Shown: piece after piece, positions 11,304-22,067 of the stretch | Position numbering within the stretch: position 1 is the stretch's first letter | Layout of the letters: each line of letters opens with the position of its first letter | NCBI GenBank assembly: GCA_963766715.1 | Contig: CAVYBH010000011.1 | Coordinates: 160,001 to 224,000 of the forward strand | DNA from: an uncultured delta proteobacterium | Lineage (GTDB): Bacteria > Myxococcota > Myxococcia > Myxococcales > Anaeromyxobacteraceae | DNA: 64,000 nucleotides | Reading direction: 5' to 3' | Notes under the pieces: model-generated | What the model saw: only the letters and a program-made list of their open reading frames with translations | What the model was told of the DNA's origin: nothing | Database searches by the model: none | Program-made: the position numbers and the translations under genes

Positions 11304-12083
11304 GTGCGCACCGTCCACGCCACGCGCTACGTGACCCCGCTCCGGGAGGGCGGCTCGCTGCCGGCCATCGTCGAGGCCGACGACGACGGGCTCTACGTGG
11401 TGAAGTTCCGGGCCGCCGGGCAGGGGCCGAAGGCGCTGGTGGCCGAGGTGGTCGCCGGCGAGCTGGCGCGCGCCGCGGGCTTCCGGGTGCCGGAGCTGGT
11501 GACGGTGGAGGTGGGACCGGAGCTCGGCCGCAACGAGCCCGACGAGGAGATCCGGGAGCTGCTCCGGGCGAGCACCGGGCCGAACCTGGGGCTCGACTTC
11601 CTGCCGGGCAGCATCACCTTCGACCCGGTCGCCGGCCCCGCCCCGTCGGCGGCGGAGGCCTCGGCGCTCGTCTGGTTCGACGCCTTCGTCCAGAACGTGG
11701 ACCGCACGGCCCGGAACGCCAACCTCCTCGTCTGGCACCGGCAGCTCTGGCTCATCGACCACGGCGCGTCCCTCTACTTCCAGCACGACTGGGACGAGGC
11801 GCGCGATCCGGCCGGAGCCTCCTTCCCGGCGGTGAAGGACCACGTGCTCCTGCCCTGGGCCACCTCCGTGGCGGCGGCGGGCGCGGAGCTCGCGAGCCGG
11901 CTCGGGCCCGCCACGGTGGAGCGCGTGCTCGCCGGGGTGCCCGACGCGTGGCTCTCGGCGGGCCCGGCCCCCGGGGACCCGGCCACCCTGCGCGCGGCCT
12001 TCGCGCGTCACTTCACGCGGAGGCTCGGCATCGCCCCGCGCCTGGCCGAGGAGGCGGACCGTGCCCGCGCCCAGCTCGTTTGA
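11304..12083 (+). CDS. HipA-like kinase
   Basis: GGSLP loop, YVVKF Lys, ALVAEVV Glu, [12 protein letters not shown] catalytic loop, LIDHG. Confidence 0.85.
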   Translation: MRTVHATRYVTPLREGGSLPAIVEADDDGLYVVKFRAAGQGPKALVAEVVAGELARAAGFRVPELVTVEVGPELGRNEPDEEIRELLRASTGPNLGLDFLPGSITFDPVAGPAPSAAEASALVWFDAFVQNVDRTARNANLLVWHRQLWLIDHGASLYFQHDWDEARDPAGASFPAVKDHVLLPWATSVAAAGAELASRLGPATVERVLAGVPDAWLSAGPAPGDPATLRAAFARHFTRRLGIAPRLAEEADRARAQLV

Positions 12084-12480
12084 CTACGCCGTCCTGCGCG
12101 TCGTGCCCCGCGTCGAGCGGGAGGAGTTCGTGAACGCGGGCGTGGTCCTCTTCTGCCTGCAGCGGGATTTCCTCGGGGCCCGCGTGGAGCTCGACCTGGC
12201 CCGGGTCCGCGCCCTCTGGCCCGGAGCCGACCTGCCGCTGCTCGAGGCCCATCTCGCCGCCGTGCCGCTCATCTGCGCCGGCGCCCCCGGGAGCGGCCCG
12301 ATCGGGCGCCTGTCGGCGCGCGAGCGCTTCCACTGGCTGGTCGCGCCGCGCAGCACGATCCTGCAGGTCTCGCCGGTCCACTCCGGCCTGTGCGACGACC
12401 CGGCGGCGGCGCTCGAGCACCTGATGGATCGCATGGTCCGGATCGACCTTCGGGCTACCTCTTCCGGAGGAGACCCCTGA
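12061..12480 (+). CDS. DUF3037 domain protein
   Basis: [26 protein letters not shown] and ERFHWLVAPRSTILQVSPVHSG; overlaps the kinase by 23 nt. Confidence 0.85.
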   Translation: MPAPSSFDYAVLRVVPRVEREEFVNAGVVLFCLQRDFLGARVELDLARVRALWPGADLPLLEAHLAAVPLICAGAPGSGPIGRLSARERFHWLVAPRSTILQVSPVHSGLCDDPAAALEHLMDRMVRIDLRATSSGGDP

Positions 12481-12551
12481 TCGGTTTGCCCCGAGCGCCG
12501 GTCCCGAGCAAATAAGAAGTACGGCCCGACCGGCCCTCGAGCCCAGAACCC

Positions 12552-13345
12552 TTGATCCTCCCGCTCCTCCTCGCCGCCCTCGCCAGCGTCGCCGCCGAGC
12601 CCGGTCCCTCGCCCGCCGAGGTGATCGCGATCGGCTCGACGACGGTCGCGCTCCAGGCCGGCCCGGACGCCGACGTCGCCGGGCAGGTGCGGCGCGTGCT
12701 GCCCCGCGCCGTGCGCGCGGCGGCCCGCTGGGGAGCGGTCCCGGCCTCGGTGACCGTGTCCGTCCACGCCAACCACGCCGACCTCGAGGCCGCCACGGGG
12801 CGCACCGGGAAGCCCGTGGATGCGGGCCTGGGCGGGGATCGGCTCCGTCGATCTGCAATCGCCCCGCACGTGGTCCCAGGGCCAGGCCTCCGACGAGGCG
12901 CTCTTCCAGATCCTCGCCCACGAGCTCACCCATTGCGTCCTCTTCCAGGCGGTGGGGCGCGACGGCCGCGCCAGGCAGATCCCGATGTGGTTCCAGGAGG
13001 GCATGGCCACGGTGACCGCCGGGAGAGCATCACGGCCAGGTCGACGCCGCGGCGCTGTCGAGCCCGGCGGCGGTCCTGCGGTCGAACCCGCGGGCGGTCT
13101 ACGGCACCGCGGACCGCGCCTTCCGCGACCTGCTCCAGCGCTTCGGCGACGCGAGCGTGCGCCTGCTCCTCTCCCGGCTCGCCGAGGGGCAGGCCTTCCC
13201 GGCCGCCTTCCAGGAGGCGACGGGCGTGACCCTCGCCGCGTTCGAGGGCGACCTGGCGCGACGGCTCTCGGCCGTGGCGGTCGCGAACGAGCCTCCCGGG
13301 GCGGCGCGCTCCGGAGGGGGCGTCCCGGCTCCGGGCGTTCGGTGA
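12552..13345 (+). CDS. Secreted peptidase MA-like zinc metalloprotease (two +1 frameshifts, near 12815 and 13022)
   Basis: Signal peptide; LAHELTH and PMWFQEGMA; three frames join into one protein. Confidence 0.7.
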
Positions 13346-13379
13346 CGCGGCCGGAAGGCCGGGGTAAGCTTCGCGCCTC

Positions 13380-14304
13380 ATGCGCGCTCGCTGCGTCCAC
13401 TGCCAGAACACCTTCGACACCGACCGCTTCGGGGTGCAGACCTGCCCGCACTGCGGCCAGCAGGTCCACCTCGCCGACCCGAGCGCGCCGCCGCCCCCGC
13501 CGCCTCCGGCCGCTCCTCCGCCGCAGGCCTCCCCGTACGGCGCACCCCCGCCCGGTGGATACGGGCCGGGCGCCTACGCTCCGGGAGCACCCGGCACGGC
13601 CTGGGCCGCCGCCGAGGCCGACGCGCCGTTCGCCCAGCGCTCGACCCTGGGCTGGCCGAGGAGCCTACATCGAGACCTGGAAGCTCGCCTGCCTCCGGCC
13701 GGCCGAGTTCTTCCGCTCGGTGAAGATCGCCTCTCCCGGCTCGGCGGTGCTCTTCGGGGTCATCGCCATGACCATCGCCAGCTGGGCGCAGACGCTCTAC
13801 GGCGCGCTCCTGGGAGCGGCCACCCAGGGGATGATCCGGGACATGCTCCACCAGATGCCCCAGGGAGAGCGCTTCCAGGACACCTGGATGGTCCAGTGGA
13901 TGTCCGGCGCCACCGCCGTGGGAACCGTGGCCCAGCTCATCGCCGCCCCCTTCCTCGCCGCCATCTGGATCCTCATCTGGGCGGGCGTCTACCAGGTCGC
14001 CCTGCTCGTCCTCGGCGCCGCCTCGCGCGGCTTCGACGCCACCCTCACCGTGGTCGGGTACGCCTCGGGCGCGCTCCTCCTCGGCGCCGCGCCGGTGCCC
14101 GGGCTCGCCAACCTGGTGGCGGCCGTCTGGTTCGGGTTCGCCACCGCCATCGGCTTCCGCGAGGCGCAGCGCACCACCAACGGCAAGGCCTGGACCGCCA
14201 TGATCCTTCCCTTCGCGGCCACCTGCCTCTGCTGCTGCGCGGCCGGCTGGATGATCATGTCCGGCCTGTCCGGGCTCTCCAGCCTGAAGGTCCACGGAGG
14301 CTGA
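13380..14304 (+). CDS. Zinc-ribbon plus Yip1-family membrane protein (+1 frameshift near 13660)
   Basis: CVHC..CPHC, Pro-rich linker, then multi-helix domain (LRPAEFF, FDATLTVVGYA, LCCC). Confidence 0.7.
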
Positions 14305-14307
14305 CCG

Positions 14308-14709
14308 ATGACGGCGGGCCGGCGCACCGGGAGGTTCGGGGTCCCGGAGGCCTTCGCGCTCGTCGCCGCCGCGAGCTTCCTGGCGGCCCGCTTCCTGCCG
14401 CTCCTCGCCCTTCACTCGGAGTGCCCGTTCCGGCTGGCCACCGGGCTGCCCTGCGCCACCTGCGGCATGACCCACGCCTTCGTGGCGCTGGCCCACGGCG
14501 AGCTGCTCGCGGCCTGGTCGGCCAGCCCGCTGGGCGCGGTCCTCGCCGGCGGCGCCTGGCTCTACGCGATCCTCGACCTGGCGCGCGTCGCCCTCGGGCT
14601 CCCCTGGCCGTCGATCCCGCAGCGCGCCTGGCGGGCGGTCGCCGTGGCGGCCTGCTCGGCCACCGCCCTCAACTGGGCGTGGATGCTCTGGCGCACGAGG
14701 ATCACGTGA
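14308..14709 (+). CDS. DUF2752 membrane protein
   Basis: CPFRLATGLPCATCGMTHA motif. Confidence 0.85.
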   Translation: MTAGRRTGRFGVPEAFALVAAASFLAARFLPLLALHSECPFRLATGLPCATCGMTHAFVALAHGELLAAWSASPLGAVLAGGAWLYAILDLARVALGLPWPSIPQRAWRAVAVAACSATALNWAWMLWRTRIT

Positions 14710-15323
14710 GCGAGGAGCGGCTCGGCTGGATGCTCGTCGCGGCGAGCTACCTCGCCGGCTCGGTGCCCTTCGGGCTCCTCCTCGGGCGCTTCGTGGCCGG
14801 GATCGACGTGCGGCAGGCGGGCTCCGGCAACATCGGCGCCACCAACGTGGCCCGCACCGCCGGACGCCGGCTGGGCGTGCTCACGCTGCTGCTCGACGCG
14901 GGGAAGGGGGGCATTCCCGTGGCCGCGACCGCCCTGGCCCTCGACCTGCCCCACGACGCCGGCTGGCCGGCGGCGGCCGGGCTGGCCGCCTTCCTCGGGC
15001 ACGTCTTCCCCTTCTGGCTGGCCTTTCGCGGCGGCAAGGGGGTGGCCACCGCCTTCGGGGCCTTCGTGGTCCTCTCCCCGTGGCTGGCCCTGCTCGCGTC
15101 GGTGGTCTTCGGCGCCACCTTCGGCGCCACCCGGATCGCGTCCCTGGGCTCGATGACCGCCGCCGCGGCGCTGACGGCCGGGTGCGCGACCTTCCACGGT
15201 CTCGACAGCCCGGTGACCCGGGTCGCGTGGGTGGTCCTCATCGTCGTCCTGGTGCGCCACCAGGCCAACATCCGCCGGATGATCCGGGGCGAGGAGTCGC
15301 GCCTGCGGGGCGGCCGGAAGTGA
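14706..15323 (+). CDS. plsY: Glycerol-3-phosphate acyltransferase PlsY
   Basis: SYLAGSVPFG, GSGNIGATNVAR, GHVFP, FRGGKGVAT, RHQANI. Confidence 0.95.
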   Translation: MSEERLGWMLVAASYLAGSVPFGLLLGRFVAGIDVRQAGSGNIGATNVARTAGRRLGVLTLLLDAGKGGIPVAATALALDLPHDAGWPAAAGLAAFLGHVFPFWLAFRGGKGVATAFGAFVVLSPWLALLASVVFGATFGATRIASLGSMTAAAALTAGCATFHGLDSPVTRVAWVVLIVVLVRHQANIRRMIRGEESRLRGGRK

Positions 15324-15344
15324 CCGGCCCCGCCAGGCGGGCGG

Positions 15345-18005
15345 TCACACGTTCGGGATGGCGCTCATCTCGCCCGCGGGACGGATGAGGACCTGCCGCG
15401 GCTTCACGCCGTTGGCGGGGCCGACGACTCCCTCGCGCTCCATGCGCTCGACGATCTTGGCGGCCTTGTTGTAGCCGAGCCGCATCTCGCGCTGGAGCTT
15501 GGAGACGGAGACCTCCTCCATGCGGGAGACGAGCGCCAGCGCCTCGTCGTAGACCGGATCCTCCTCGTCGTCGTCGCGGCGCGAGTCGCCGTTGCCGTCC
15601 CGGGCCTTGAGGATCGAGTCGTCGTAGACGGGGCGCCCCTGCTGCTTCAGGAAGGCGACCACGCCGGCGATCTCCTCCTCGGAGACGAAGGCGCCCTGGA
15701 CGCGGGTGACCGGCTGGGTGGCGGTGAGCACCAGCATGTCGCCGTCGCCGAGCAGCGCCTCGGCGCCCGGGCCGTTGATGATGGTGGTCGAGTCGTGCCG
15801 GGAGGCCAGCCGGAAGCTGATGCGGGCCGGGAAGTTGTTCTTGATCATCCCGGTGACGACGTCGGTGGACGGGCGCTGGGTGGCCACGATGAGGTGGATG
15901 CCGGTGGCGCGCGCCTTCTGCGCCAGGCGGGCCAGCGAGATCTCCACCTCCCGCGGCGCGGTCATCATGAGGTCGGCGAGCTCGTCGATGACCACCACCA
16001 TGTACGGGAGCTTCTGCGGCGGCTTCTTCTCGCCGGCCACCGGCGGGCGGGTCGGGTCCTCGAAGAGCGGGACCTGCTCCTCGCGGGCCAGGCGCGCGGC
16101 GGCCTCCTCCTCGGTCTCGCCCTCGGTCATGTCGACCACGAGCAGCTTCTTCGGCGGCACGGCGTCGGCGTCGTCGAAGGTGCGCCCCTCGGCGCGCAGC
16201 TTGTCCACCTTGGCGTTGTAGGACTTGAGGTCCTTCGAGCCGGTGTCGGCCAGGATCTGGGTGCGCCGCTCCATCTCGTCGACCGCCCACTGCAGCGCCC
16301 GGGCCGCCTTCTGCGGATCGGTCACCACCGGCAGGAGCAGGTGCGGGATGTCCTCGTAGATGGAGAGCTCGGTCATCTTCGGGTCGACCATGATCATGCG
16401 CACCTGGTCCGGCGCGTGCCGGTACAGGAGCGAGAGGATCATGGTGTTCAGGCCGACCGACTTGCCGGCGCCGGTGGTGCCGGCGATGAGCAGGTGCGGC
16501 ATGCGCTGCAGGTCGACGCAGTAGGGGATGCCCTCGATGTTCTTCCCGAGCGCGATGGGGAGCAGGCCGGCGGCCCGGTCGAACGTGTCGCTCTCGATGA
16601 CCTCGCGGAGGTAGACGGTGGCGCGGTCGCGGTTCGGCACCTCGATGCCCACCACGCCCTTGCCCGGGATCGGCGCGATGATGCGGATGCGGATCGCCGA
16701 GAGCGCCATGGTGAGCTCCTTGTCGAGGTTCTCGATCCTCGAGAGCTTCACCCCCGCCACCGGCATGAACTCGTAGAGCGTGACCACCGGGCCCGGGCGG
16801 ATGTGCCGGATGGCCCCGTCGACGCCGTGCTGGCGCAGGGTGGACACGATGACCTCGGCGGTCTTCTGCATGCCCGACTCGTCGAGCTCGCCCTTGGGCT
16901 GCTCGTGGCGCGTGAGCAGCGACACCGACGGGAGCTGGAAGACCTCGCCCGACTGCATGAAGGCGAACTCGGGCGCGTCCTTCGTCTTCTTCTTCTTGCT
17001 GCGCTCCTGCATCGCGGCCGAGACGACGATCTCCGGGCGGACCGGGCCGGCCTCGATCGGAAGGGGCTCCGGCGTGGGCTCGGGAGCGGGCTCCGCGGCG
17101 ACCACCATGGGCAGCGGCGTGACGAGCGGCTCCTCGGCCTTCTCCTCCTTCGCGCGGCGGCGGCGCCGGGGAAGCGCGTCGTCCTCCTCCTCGGCGGTGG
17201 CCCAGGCCGGCTCGTCGTCCGGGCGGCCGCGCTTCTTCTCGCGCACGAGCGCGCTCGCCATGGCGCGACCCTCCTGCTCCTCGCCCGAGGCGGCCTCCAC
17301 GACGGCCGCGGCGGCCAGCTCCTCGTCGCGGGCCCGCTCGGCGGCCTCCTCGGCGCGCATCTCGGCCACCGCGGCGCGGTGACGGTCGATGGCGTCGGAG
17401 ACCTTGGCCACCGCCCAGCCCCAGGCGGCGCGCAGCGCGGCCCAGGTGACCGCCCAGACCTTCTGGACCTTCACGTCGGTGGCCACGATGAGGGCCACGA
17501 CCGCCCCGGAGCCGACCACGAGCGCAGTGCCCACCGAGCCGAACAGGGCCTCGGCGCGGGTGCAGAAGAGGCGTCCCACGGCCCCGCCGGGAGGGAAGCT
17601 GGCGAGCGCCCGGCCGGAGAGGAAGAGGTGGGCCAGGGTGGCGACCGAGGCGGTGAGGACCAGGTAGGCGCCCGATCCGACGAGGGTGAGGCGGGGCGAC
17701 TGGCCCTTGAAGAGGGAGATGGCGGTGACCACCAGGGCGACCGGGAGGACGAGCGCGGAGAAGCCGAGGACCTGGAACAGCGCCCGGGCCACGTGGTGCC
17801 CGACGGGGCCGACCAGGTTCGACGCCGGGGGGACCCCGTGGGCGATCAGCTGGCCGTCGAGCGCGGAGAAGGTGATGAGGGCGATCGCGAGCGAGGTTCC
17901 CAGGGCGAGCAGCGCGACGGCGAGGATGTCCCGCCCCATCCCCGTCTTGCCGGAGACTCCGTCCCTGGACTTCTCGGACTTCCGGTTCAGCTTCGGCTTT
18001 GCCAT
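15345..18005 (-). CDS. ftsK: DNA translocase FtsK
   Basis: N-terminal TM domain, PHLLIAGTTGAGKS, VVIDELADLM, ATQRPS, C-terminal gamma domain. Confidence 0.97.
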   Translation of the reverse strand: MAKPKLNRKSEKSRDGVSGKTGMGRDILAVALLALGTSLAIALITFSALDGQLIAHGVPPASNLVGPVGHHVARALFQVLGFSALVLPVALVVTAISLFKGQSPRLTLVGSGAYLVLTASVATLAHLFLSGRALASFPPGGAVGRLFCTRAEALFGSVGTALVVGSGAVVALIVATDVKVQKVWAVTWAALRAAWGWAVAKVSDAIDRHRAAVAEMRAEEAAERARDEELAAAAVVEAASGEEQEGRAMASALVREKKRGRPDDEPAWATAEEEDDALPRRRRRAKEEKAEEPLVTPLPMVVAAEPAPEPTPEPLPIEAGPVRPEIVVSAAMQERSKKKKTKDAPEFAFMQSGEVFQLPSVSLLTRHEQPKGELDESGMQKTAEVIVSTLRQHGVDGAIRHIRPGPVVTLYEFMPVAGVKLSRIENLDKELTMALSAIRIRIIAPIPGKGVVGIEVPNRDRATVYLREVIESDTFDRAAGLLPIALGKNIEGIPYCVDLQRMPHLLIAGTTGAGKSVGLNTMILSLLYRHAPDQVRMIMVDPKMTELSIYEDIPHLLLPVVTDPQKAARALQWAVDEMERRTQILADTGSKDLKSYNAKVDKLRAEGRTFDDADAVPPKKLLVVDMTEGETEEEAAARLAREEQVPLFEDPTRPPVAGEKKPPQKLPYMVVVIDELADLMMTAPREVEISLARLAQKARATGIHLIVATQRPSTDVVTGMIKNNFPARISFRLASRHDSTTIINGPGAEALLGDGDMLVLTATQPVTRVQGAFVSEEEIAGVVAFLKQQGRPVYDDSILKARDGNGDSRRDDDEEDPVYDEALALVSRMEEVSVSKLQREMRLGYNKAAKIVERMEREGVVGPANGVKPRQVLIRPAGEMSAIPNV

Positions 18006-18147
18006 GGATCCTCGGCGATATCGCAGGTGTAGGGGTGCGGACGACCCCGGAGCCGACGATATCGTCGGAAGGGGAAGGGTCAATTTTTCCGCCTGGATCC
18101 ACGGCTTGCGCGCCTCCGGTCTTCGGGGCTACCTTGGTCGCCCTCCC

Positions 18148-19518
18148 ATGGACGTCCGCTGCGAGCGCTGCCGGGCCCAGTACGCCGTCGACGACGCCCG
18201 GGTCTCCGAGACGGGGATCAAGGTCGCCTGCGCGCAGTGCGGCCACGCCTTCCTCCTCCGGAAGAAGACCCTCTCGGTCACCGTGCCCCTCAAGGGGGGC
18301 GATACCGACACGCCGGTCCCCATCGGCGACCTGGCCGGGGCCCCGCCGCCTCCCGCGGCCGAGGCTGCCGAGCGAGGCGAATGGCGGCTTCGCCAGCCCG
18401 GTGGCGCGATCTTCCCGTTCCGGGAGCTCTCCACGCTCCAGCGGTGGATCGTCGAGCGGAAGGCCACGCGGGACGACGAGGTGGCGGCGGCGGGGCAGGG
18501 TGAGGCCTGGCGCCGGCTCGGCGACATCCCGGAGCTCCAGAGCTTCTTCACGCTCCTCGACCGGGCCCAGCGCCGCCGCGAGACGCGCCCGGAGGCGCCT
18601 GCCGAGGCCCCGGCGGAACCCGTCCGCGCCGCCCAGCCCGGCCTCGAGGACCCCGCCTGGGCCAGGGGTCCCGTCTCGTCCACGCGCCGCGTGACCCGCT
18701 CCGCCCTTCGCCCCCCGCCCCGGCGCAGCCGCTTGCTGTGGGTGGCGCTGATCGCCGTCGGCCTGCTGGGCGTGGCGGCCGGCACCGTCTACCTGCGCCG
18801 GAAGGCGGAATCGGACCTGAACGTCCAGGCCGCGAACGAGGCCGCTGCCCAGGCGGCGCTGGCCGCGCGCCAGGCCGCTACCGTCCCGGTTCCTCCGCCC
18901 CGGGCCGAGCCCCCCAGGGAGCCGGCTCCCCAGCCGGTGCAGGAACCCGCCCCGGCTCCGGCCCCGACGAGCGGCGCCACCTCCCAGGCCGAGCAGGCCC
19001 CGGCGGGACCTGCCGCCGCCGATCCGATCGCGGCCCCGGCCGCAGCGGTTGCATCGGGCGCCGCGGCCCCTGCCGCGACACTGGTCCCCGGGGTCCCCGG
19101 CCCTGCCCCCTCGACGGCGGCGCCTGCGGCCCGGCCCCCTCCGCGCGACGACCCGGGCGCGGCCGTGCGCGGCCTGCTCGCACGGGCCCGGGAGCAGCGG
19201 GACCGGGGGCGCCCCGAGGCGGCCCTCGACCTGTACGGCCAGGCGCTCGCGCAGGACGGCCGCAACGCCACCGCCCTCGCCGGGCGCGGGGCGTGTTATC
19301 TGGATCTCTCGCGGTACGTCCAGGCGGAGGCCAGCTTCGGGGAGTCCCTCGAGGCCGACCCCCGAAACGCCGAGGCGCTCTTCGGCCTGGCCGAGACCAA
19401 CCGGTACATGGGGCGCAAGGACCAGGCCGTGGCGTTCTACGAGAGATTCCTGTCGGTTCGCCCCACCGGAGACGACGCCGCCGCGGCACGGCGGCTCATC
19501 AGCCAGCTCAAGGAGTGA
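18148..19518 (+). CDS. MJ0042-type zinc-ribbon, single TM, Pro/Ala linker and C-terminal TPR protein
   Basis: MDVRCERCRAQY..VACAQCGHAF; LQRWIVER..WRRLGDIPEL; TM helix; TPR-like repeats at the C-terminus. Confidence 0.75.
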   Translation: MDVRCERCRAQYAVDDARVSETGIKVACAQCGHAFLLRKKTLSVTVPLKGGDTDTPVPIGDLAGAPPPPAAEAAERGEWRLRQPGGAIFPFRELSTLQRWIVERKATRDDEVAAAGQGEAWRRLGDIPELQSFFTLLDRAQRRRETRPEAPAEAPAEPVRAAQPGLEDPAWARGPVSSTRRVTRSALRPPPRRSRLLWVALIAVGLLGVAAGTVYLRRKAESDLNVQAANEAAAQAALAARQAATVPVPPPRAEPPREPAPQPVQEPAPAPAPTSGATSQAEQAPAGPAAADPIAAPAAAVASGAAAPAATLVPGVPGPAPSTAAPAARPPPRDDPGAAVRGLLARAREQRDRGRPEAALDLYGQALAQDGRNATALAGRGACYLDLSRYVQAEASFGESLEADPRNAEALFGLAETNRYMGRKDQAVAFYERFLSVRPTGDDAAAARRLISQLKE

Positions 19519-19523
19519 AAGTC

Positions 19524-19862
19524 ATGTCCGAGACCGTGAAGCCCTCCCAGACCGAGGAAGACTACTTCGCGAAGGAGGATGCCGAGAAGAAGCGGAAGAT
19601 GGCGCAGAAGGTCCACCGCGAGATGGCCGTCGACGAGGCCAAGCGGCTTCGCGATCTCCACCACGGCCACTGCCCCGGCTGCGGCCAGCAGATGCACGAG
19701 GTGAAGCTGCGCAGCGTCCCCGTCGACGTCTGCTTCGCCTGCAACGGCATCTTCCTCGAGCACGGCGAGATCGAGGCGTTCCAGCGGCAGATCAACGAGG
19801 GGCGGCGCGGCGTGGTCGCGGCCATCCTCAACTGGTTCCGCCCCGAGAGCCCCCAGAAGTAG
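19524..19862 (+). CDS. zf-TFIIB-like zinc-ribbon protein
   Basis: [29 protein letters not shown]. Confidence 0.75.
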   Translation: MSETVKPSQTEEDYFAKEDAEKKRKMAQKVHREMAVDEAKRLRDLHHGHCPGCGQQMHEVKLRSVPVDVCFACNGIFLEHGEIEAFQRQINEGRRGVVAAILNWFRPESPQK

Positions 19863-19867
19863 GCGCG

Positions 19868-20158
19868 ATGGCGCTGTCGCCCGAAGAGGTCCGTCGCATC
19901 GCGACGCTGGCGCGGCTCCGGCTGCTCCCGCCGGAGGAGGCGCGCCTCGCCGCCGAGCTGTCGGCCATCCTCGACTACGTCCGGCTGCTCGAGGAGCTCG
20001 ACGTCTCCGGCGTGGAGCCGATGACCCACGCGCTCGCCTCGGGGGAGACGCCCTGGCGCGTCGACGAGGTCCTCCCCGGCCTCTCGCCCGACGAGGCCCT
20101 CGCGAACGCGCCGGCCCGGGAAGGGACCTGCTTCCAGGTCCCGAGGATCATCGAGTGA
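19868..20158 (+). CDS. gatC: Asp/Glu-tRNA amidotransferase subunit C
   Basis: [25 protein letters not shown]; precedes gatA. Confidence 0.93.
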   Translation: MALSPEEVRRIATLARLRLLPPEEARLAAELSAILDYVRLLEELDVSGVEPMTHALASGETPWRVDEVLPGLSPDEALANAPAREGTCFQVPRIIE

Positions 20159-21627
20159 GCGCGCCGCCCCTGCTCGACCGGTCGCTCACCGACCTCTCCG
20201 CGGCCCTCTCGCGGCGCGAGGTCTCCTCCGAGGAGACCACCCGCGCGGTGCTCGCCCGCATCGAGGCCACCGACGGCAAGCTGGGGGCCTTCCTCCGGGT
20301 CTCGACCGAGCGGGCGCTCGACGCCGCGCGCGCCTCCGACGCGCGGCGGGCCCGCGGCGAGTCGCGCTCGACGCTCGACGGCGTCCCCATCGCGCTGAAG
20401 GACATCTTCCTGACGAAGGGGGTCGAGACCACCGCGGGGTCCCGCATCCTGGAGGGCTTCGTCCCTCCCTTCGACGCCACCGTCGTGGAGCGGCTCGAGG
20501 GCGCCGGCGCCGTGGTGGTGGGCAAGCTCAACATGGACGAGTTCGCCATGGGCTCGTCCAACGAGAACAGCGCCTTCGGCCCCTGCCGCAATCCCTGGGA
20601 CCTCTCCCGCACGCCGGGTGGATCCTCGGGCGGGAGCGCGGCGGCGGTGGCGGCGCGGCAGGTCTTCGGCGCGCTGGGCACCGACACCGGCGGCTCGATC
20701 CGGCAGCCCGCCTCGCTCTGCGGCGTGGTCGGGCTGAAGCCGACCTACGGCCGGGTCTCGCGGTACGGCGTCATCGCCTTCGCGAGCTCGCTCGACCAGG
20801 TGGGCCCGATGGGAAGGACCGTGGCCGACGCGGCCGTGCTGCTCGGCGCCATCGCCGGCCACGACCCCCGCGACCAGACCTCGTCCACCCGGCCCGTCCC
20901 CGACTACCTGGCCGGGCTGGAGGACGGGGCGCGCGGGCTGCGCATCGGCGTCCCGCGGGAGTGGTTCCAGGGAGGGACCGAGGCAGGCGTGGAGCGGCGC
21001 GTGCGCGAGGCGCTGGCCGCCTACGAGCGCATGGGCGCCACCCTCGTCGACGTCGAGCTCCCTCACTCCAAGTACGGGGTGGCGGCCTACTACCTGGTGG
21101 CGCCGGCCGAGGCCTCCTCCAACCTGGCCCGCTACGACGGCGTCCGCTTCGGCCTGCGGGCCCCGGCCCGGGCCCTCTCCGACATGTACGGCGAGACCCG
21201 CGACGCCGGCTTCGGCGCCGAGCCGAAGCGCCGCATCATGCTCGGCACCTACGCCCTCTCGGCCGGGTACTACGACGCCTACTACCTGCGGGCCCAGAAG
21301 GTCCGCACGCTCGTCCGCCGCGACTTCGACCGGGCCTTCGAGCGCTGCGACGTGGTGGCCGGGCCGGTCTCGCCCAGCGTGGCGTTCCGGCTGGGCGAGA
21401 AGGTGGCCGACCCGCTCCAGATGTACCTGGCCGACGTCTACACCATCTCCTGCAACCTGGCGGCGCTGCCGGGCCTGTCGGTGCCGGCCGGGCTGCACCC
21501 GGAGCTCGGGCTCCCGGTGGGGCTGCAGCTGGTGGGTCGCCCGTTCGACGAGCCGACCCTGCTGCGGGCCGCCCGGGCGCTGGAGCGGGAGCTCGGGCCG
21601 TCGCCCGCGCCGGGAGCCGTCGGATGA
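20155..21627 (+). CDS. gatA: Asp/Glu-tRNA amidotransferase subunit A
   Basis: [44 protein letters not shown]. Confidence 0.98.
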   Translation: MSAPPLLDRSLTDLSAALSRREVSSEETTRAVLARIEATDGKLGAFLRVSTERALDAARASDARRARGESRSTLDGVPIALKDIFLTKGVETTAGSRILEGFVPPFDATVVERLEGAGAVVVGKLNMDEFAMGSSNENSAFGPCRNPWDLSRTPGGSSGGSAAAVAARQVFGALGTDTGGSIRQPASLCGVVGLKPTYGRVSRYGVIAFASSLDQVGPMGRTVADAAVLLGAIAGHDPRDQTSSTRPVPDYLAGLEDGARGLRIGVPREWFQGGTEAGVERRVREALAAYERMGATLVDVELPHSKYGVAAYYLVAPAEASSNLARYDGVRFGLRAPARALSDMYGETRDAGFGAEPKRRIMLGTYALSAGYYDAYYLRAQKVRTLVRRDFDRAFERCDVVAGPVSPSVAFRLGEKVADPLQMYLADVYTISCNLAALPGLSVPAGLHPELGLPVGLQLVGRPFDEPTLLRAARALERELGPSPAPGAVG

Positions 21628-22067
21628 GCGCGCCCACCCGCAGGACGGCGGTGGTGGTGTGGCTCGGGATCCTCCTCACGCCCCTCTTCTTCGCCGCGGT
21701 GACGGCGGTCGTGGCGCCGCCTCCGGAGATGCGCTCGCCCGAGCTCGCCGGCCTGTTCTTCTGGATGGCGGCCGCGGTGGTCGGGCTGGGGATCGGGCTC
21801 TCCCGGTTGCTGCCCCTGCGCATCGGCGCGACGGCGCAGGGCGCGCGCGATCCGGTCGCCTTCACCCGCCTCACCGTCGCCTGGGCCATCCTGGAGGGCG
21901 CGGCCCTCTTCCCGCTCGTGGCCCAGCTCGTCACCGGCGACCCCTTCCAGTTCCTGCTCACCGGGGTGGCCCTGGCCGCGCTGGTCGGGCTCTACCCGTC
22001 CGAGGCCCGCTGGGCGACCCACGCGGTGCAGCCCATCGAGGGCTCGAAGAACAGGCTGGTGCGATAG
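21624..22067 (+). CDS. Hypothetical multi-pass membrane protein
   Basis: About four hydrophobic segments; start and stop overlap gatA and gatB. Confidence 0.65.
   Translation: MSAPTRRTAVVVWLGILLTPLFFAAVTAVVAPPPEMRSPELAGLFFWMAAAVVGLGIGLSRLLPLRIGATAQGARDPVAFTRLTVAWAILEGAALFPLVAQLVTGDPFQFLLTGVALAALVGLYPSEARWATHAVQPIEGSKNRLVR

Noticed and set aside
18860..19150. Low-complexity repeat-like DNA
   Set aside because: Encodes a Pro/Ala linker; not a discrete repeat element.
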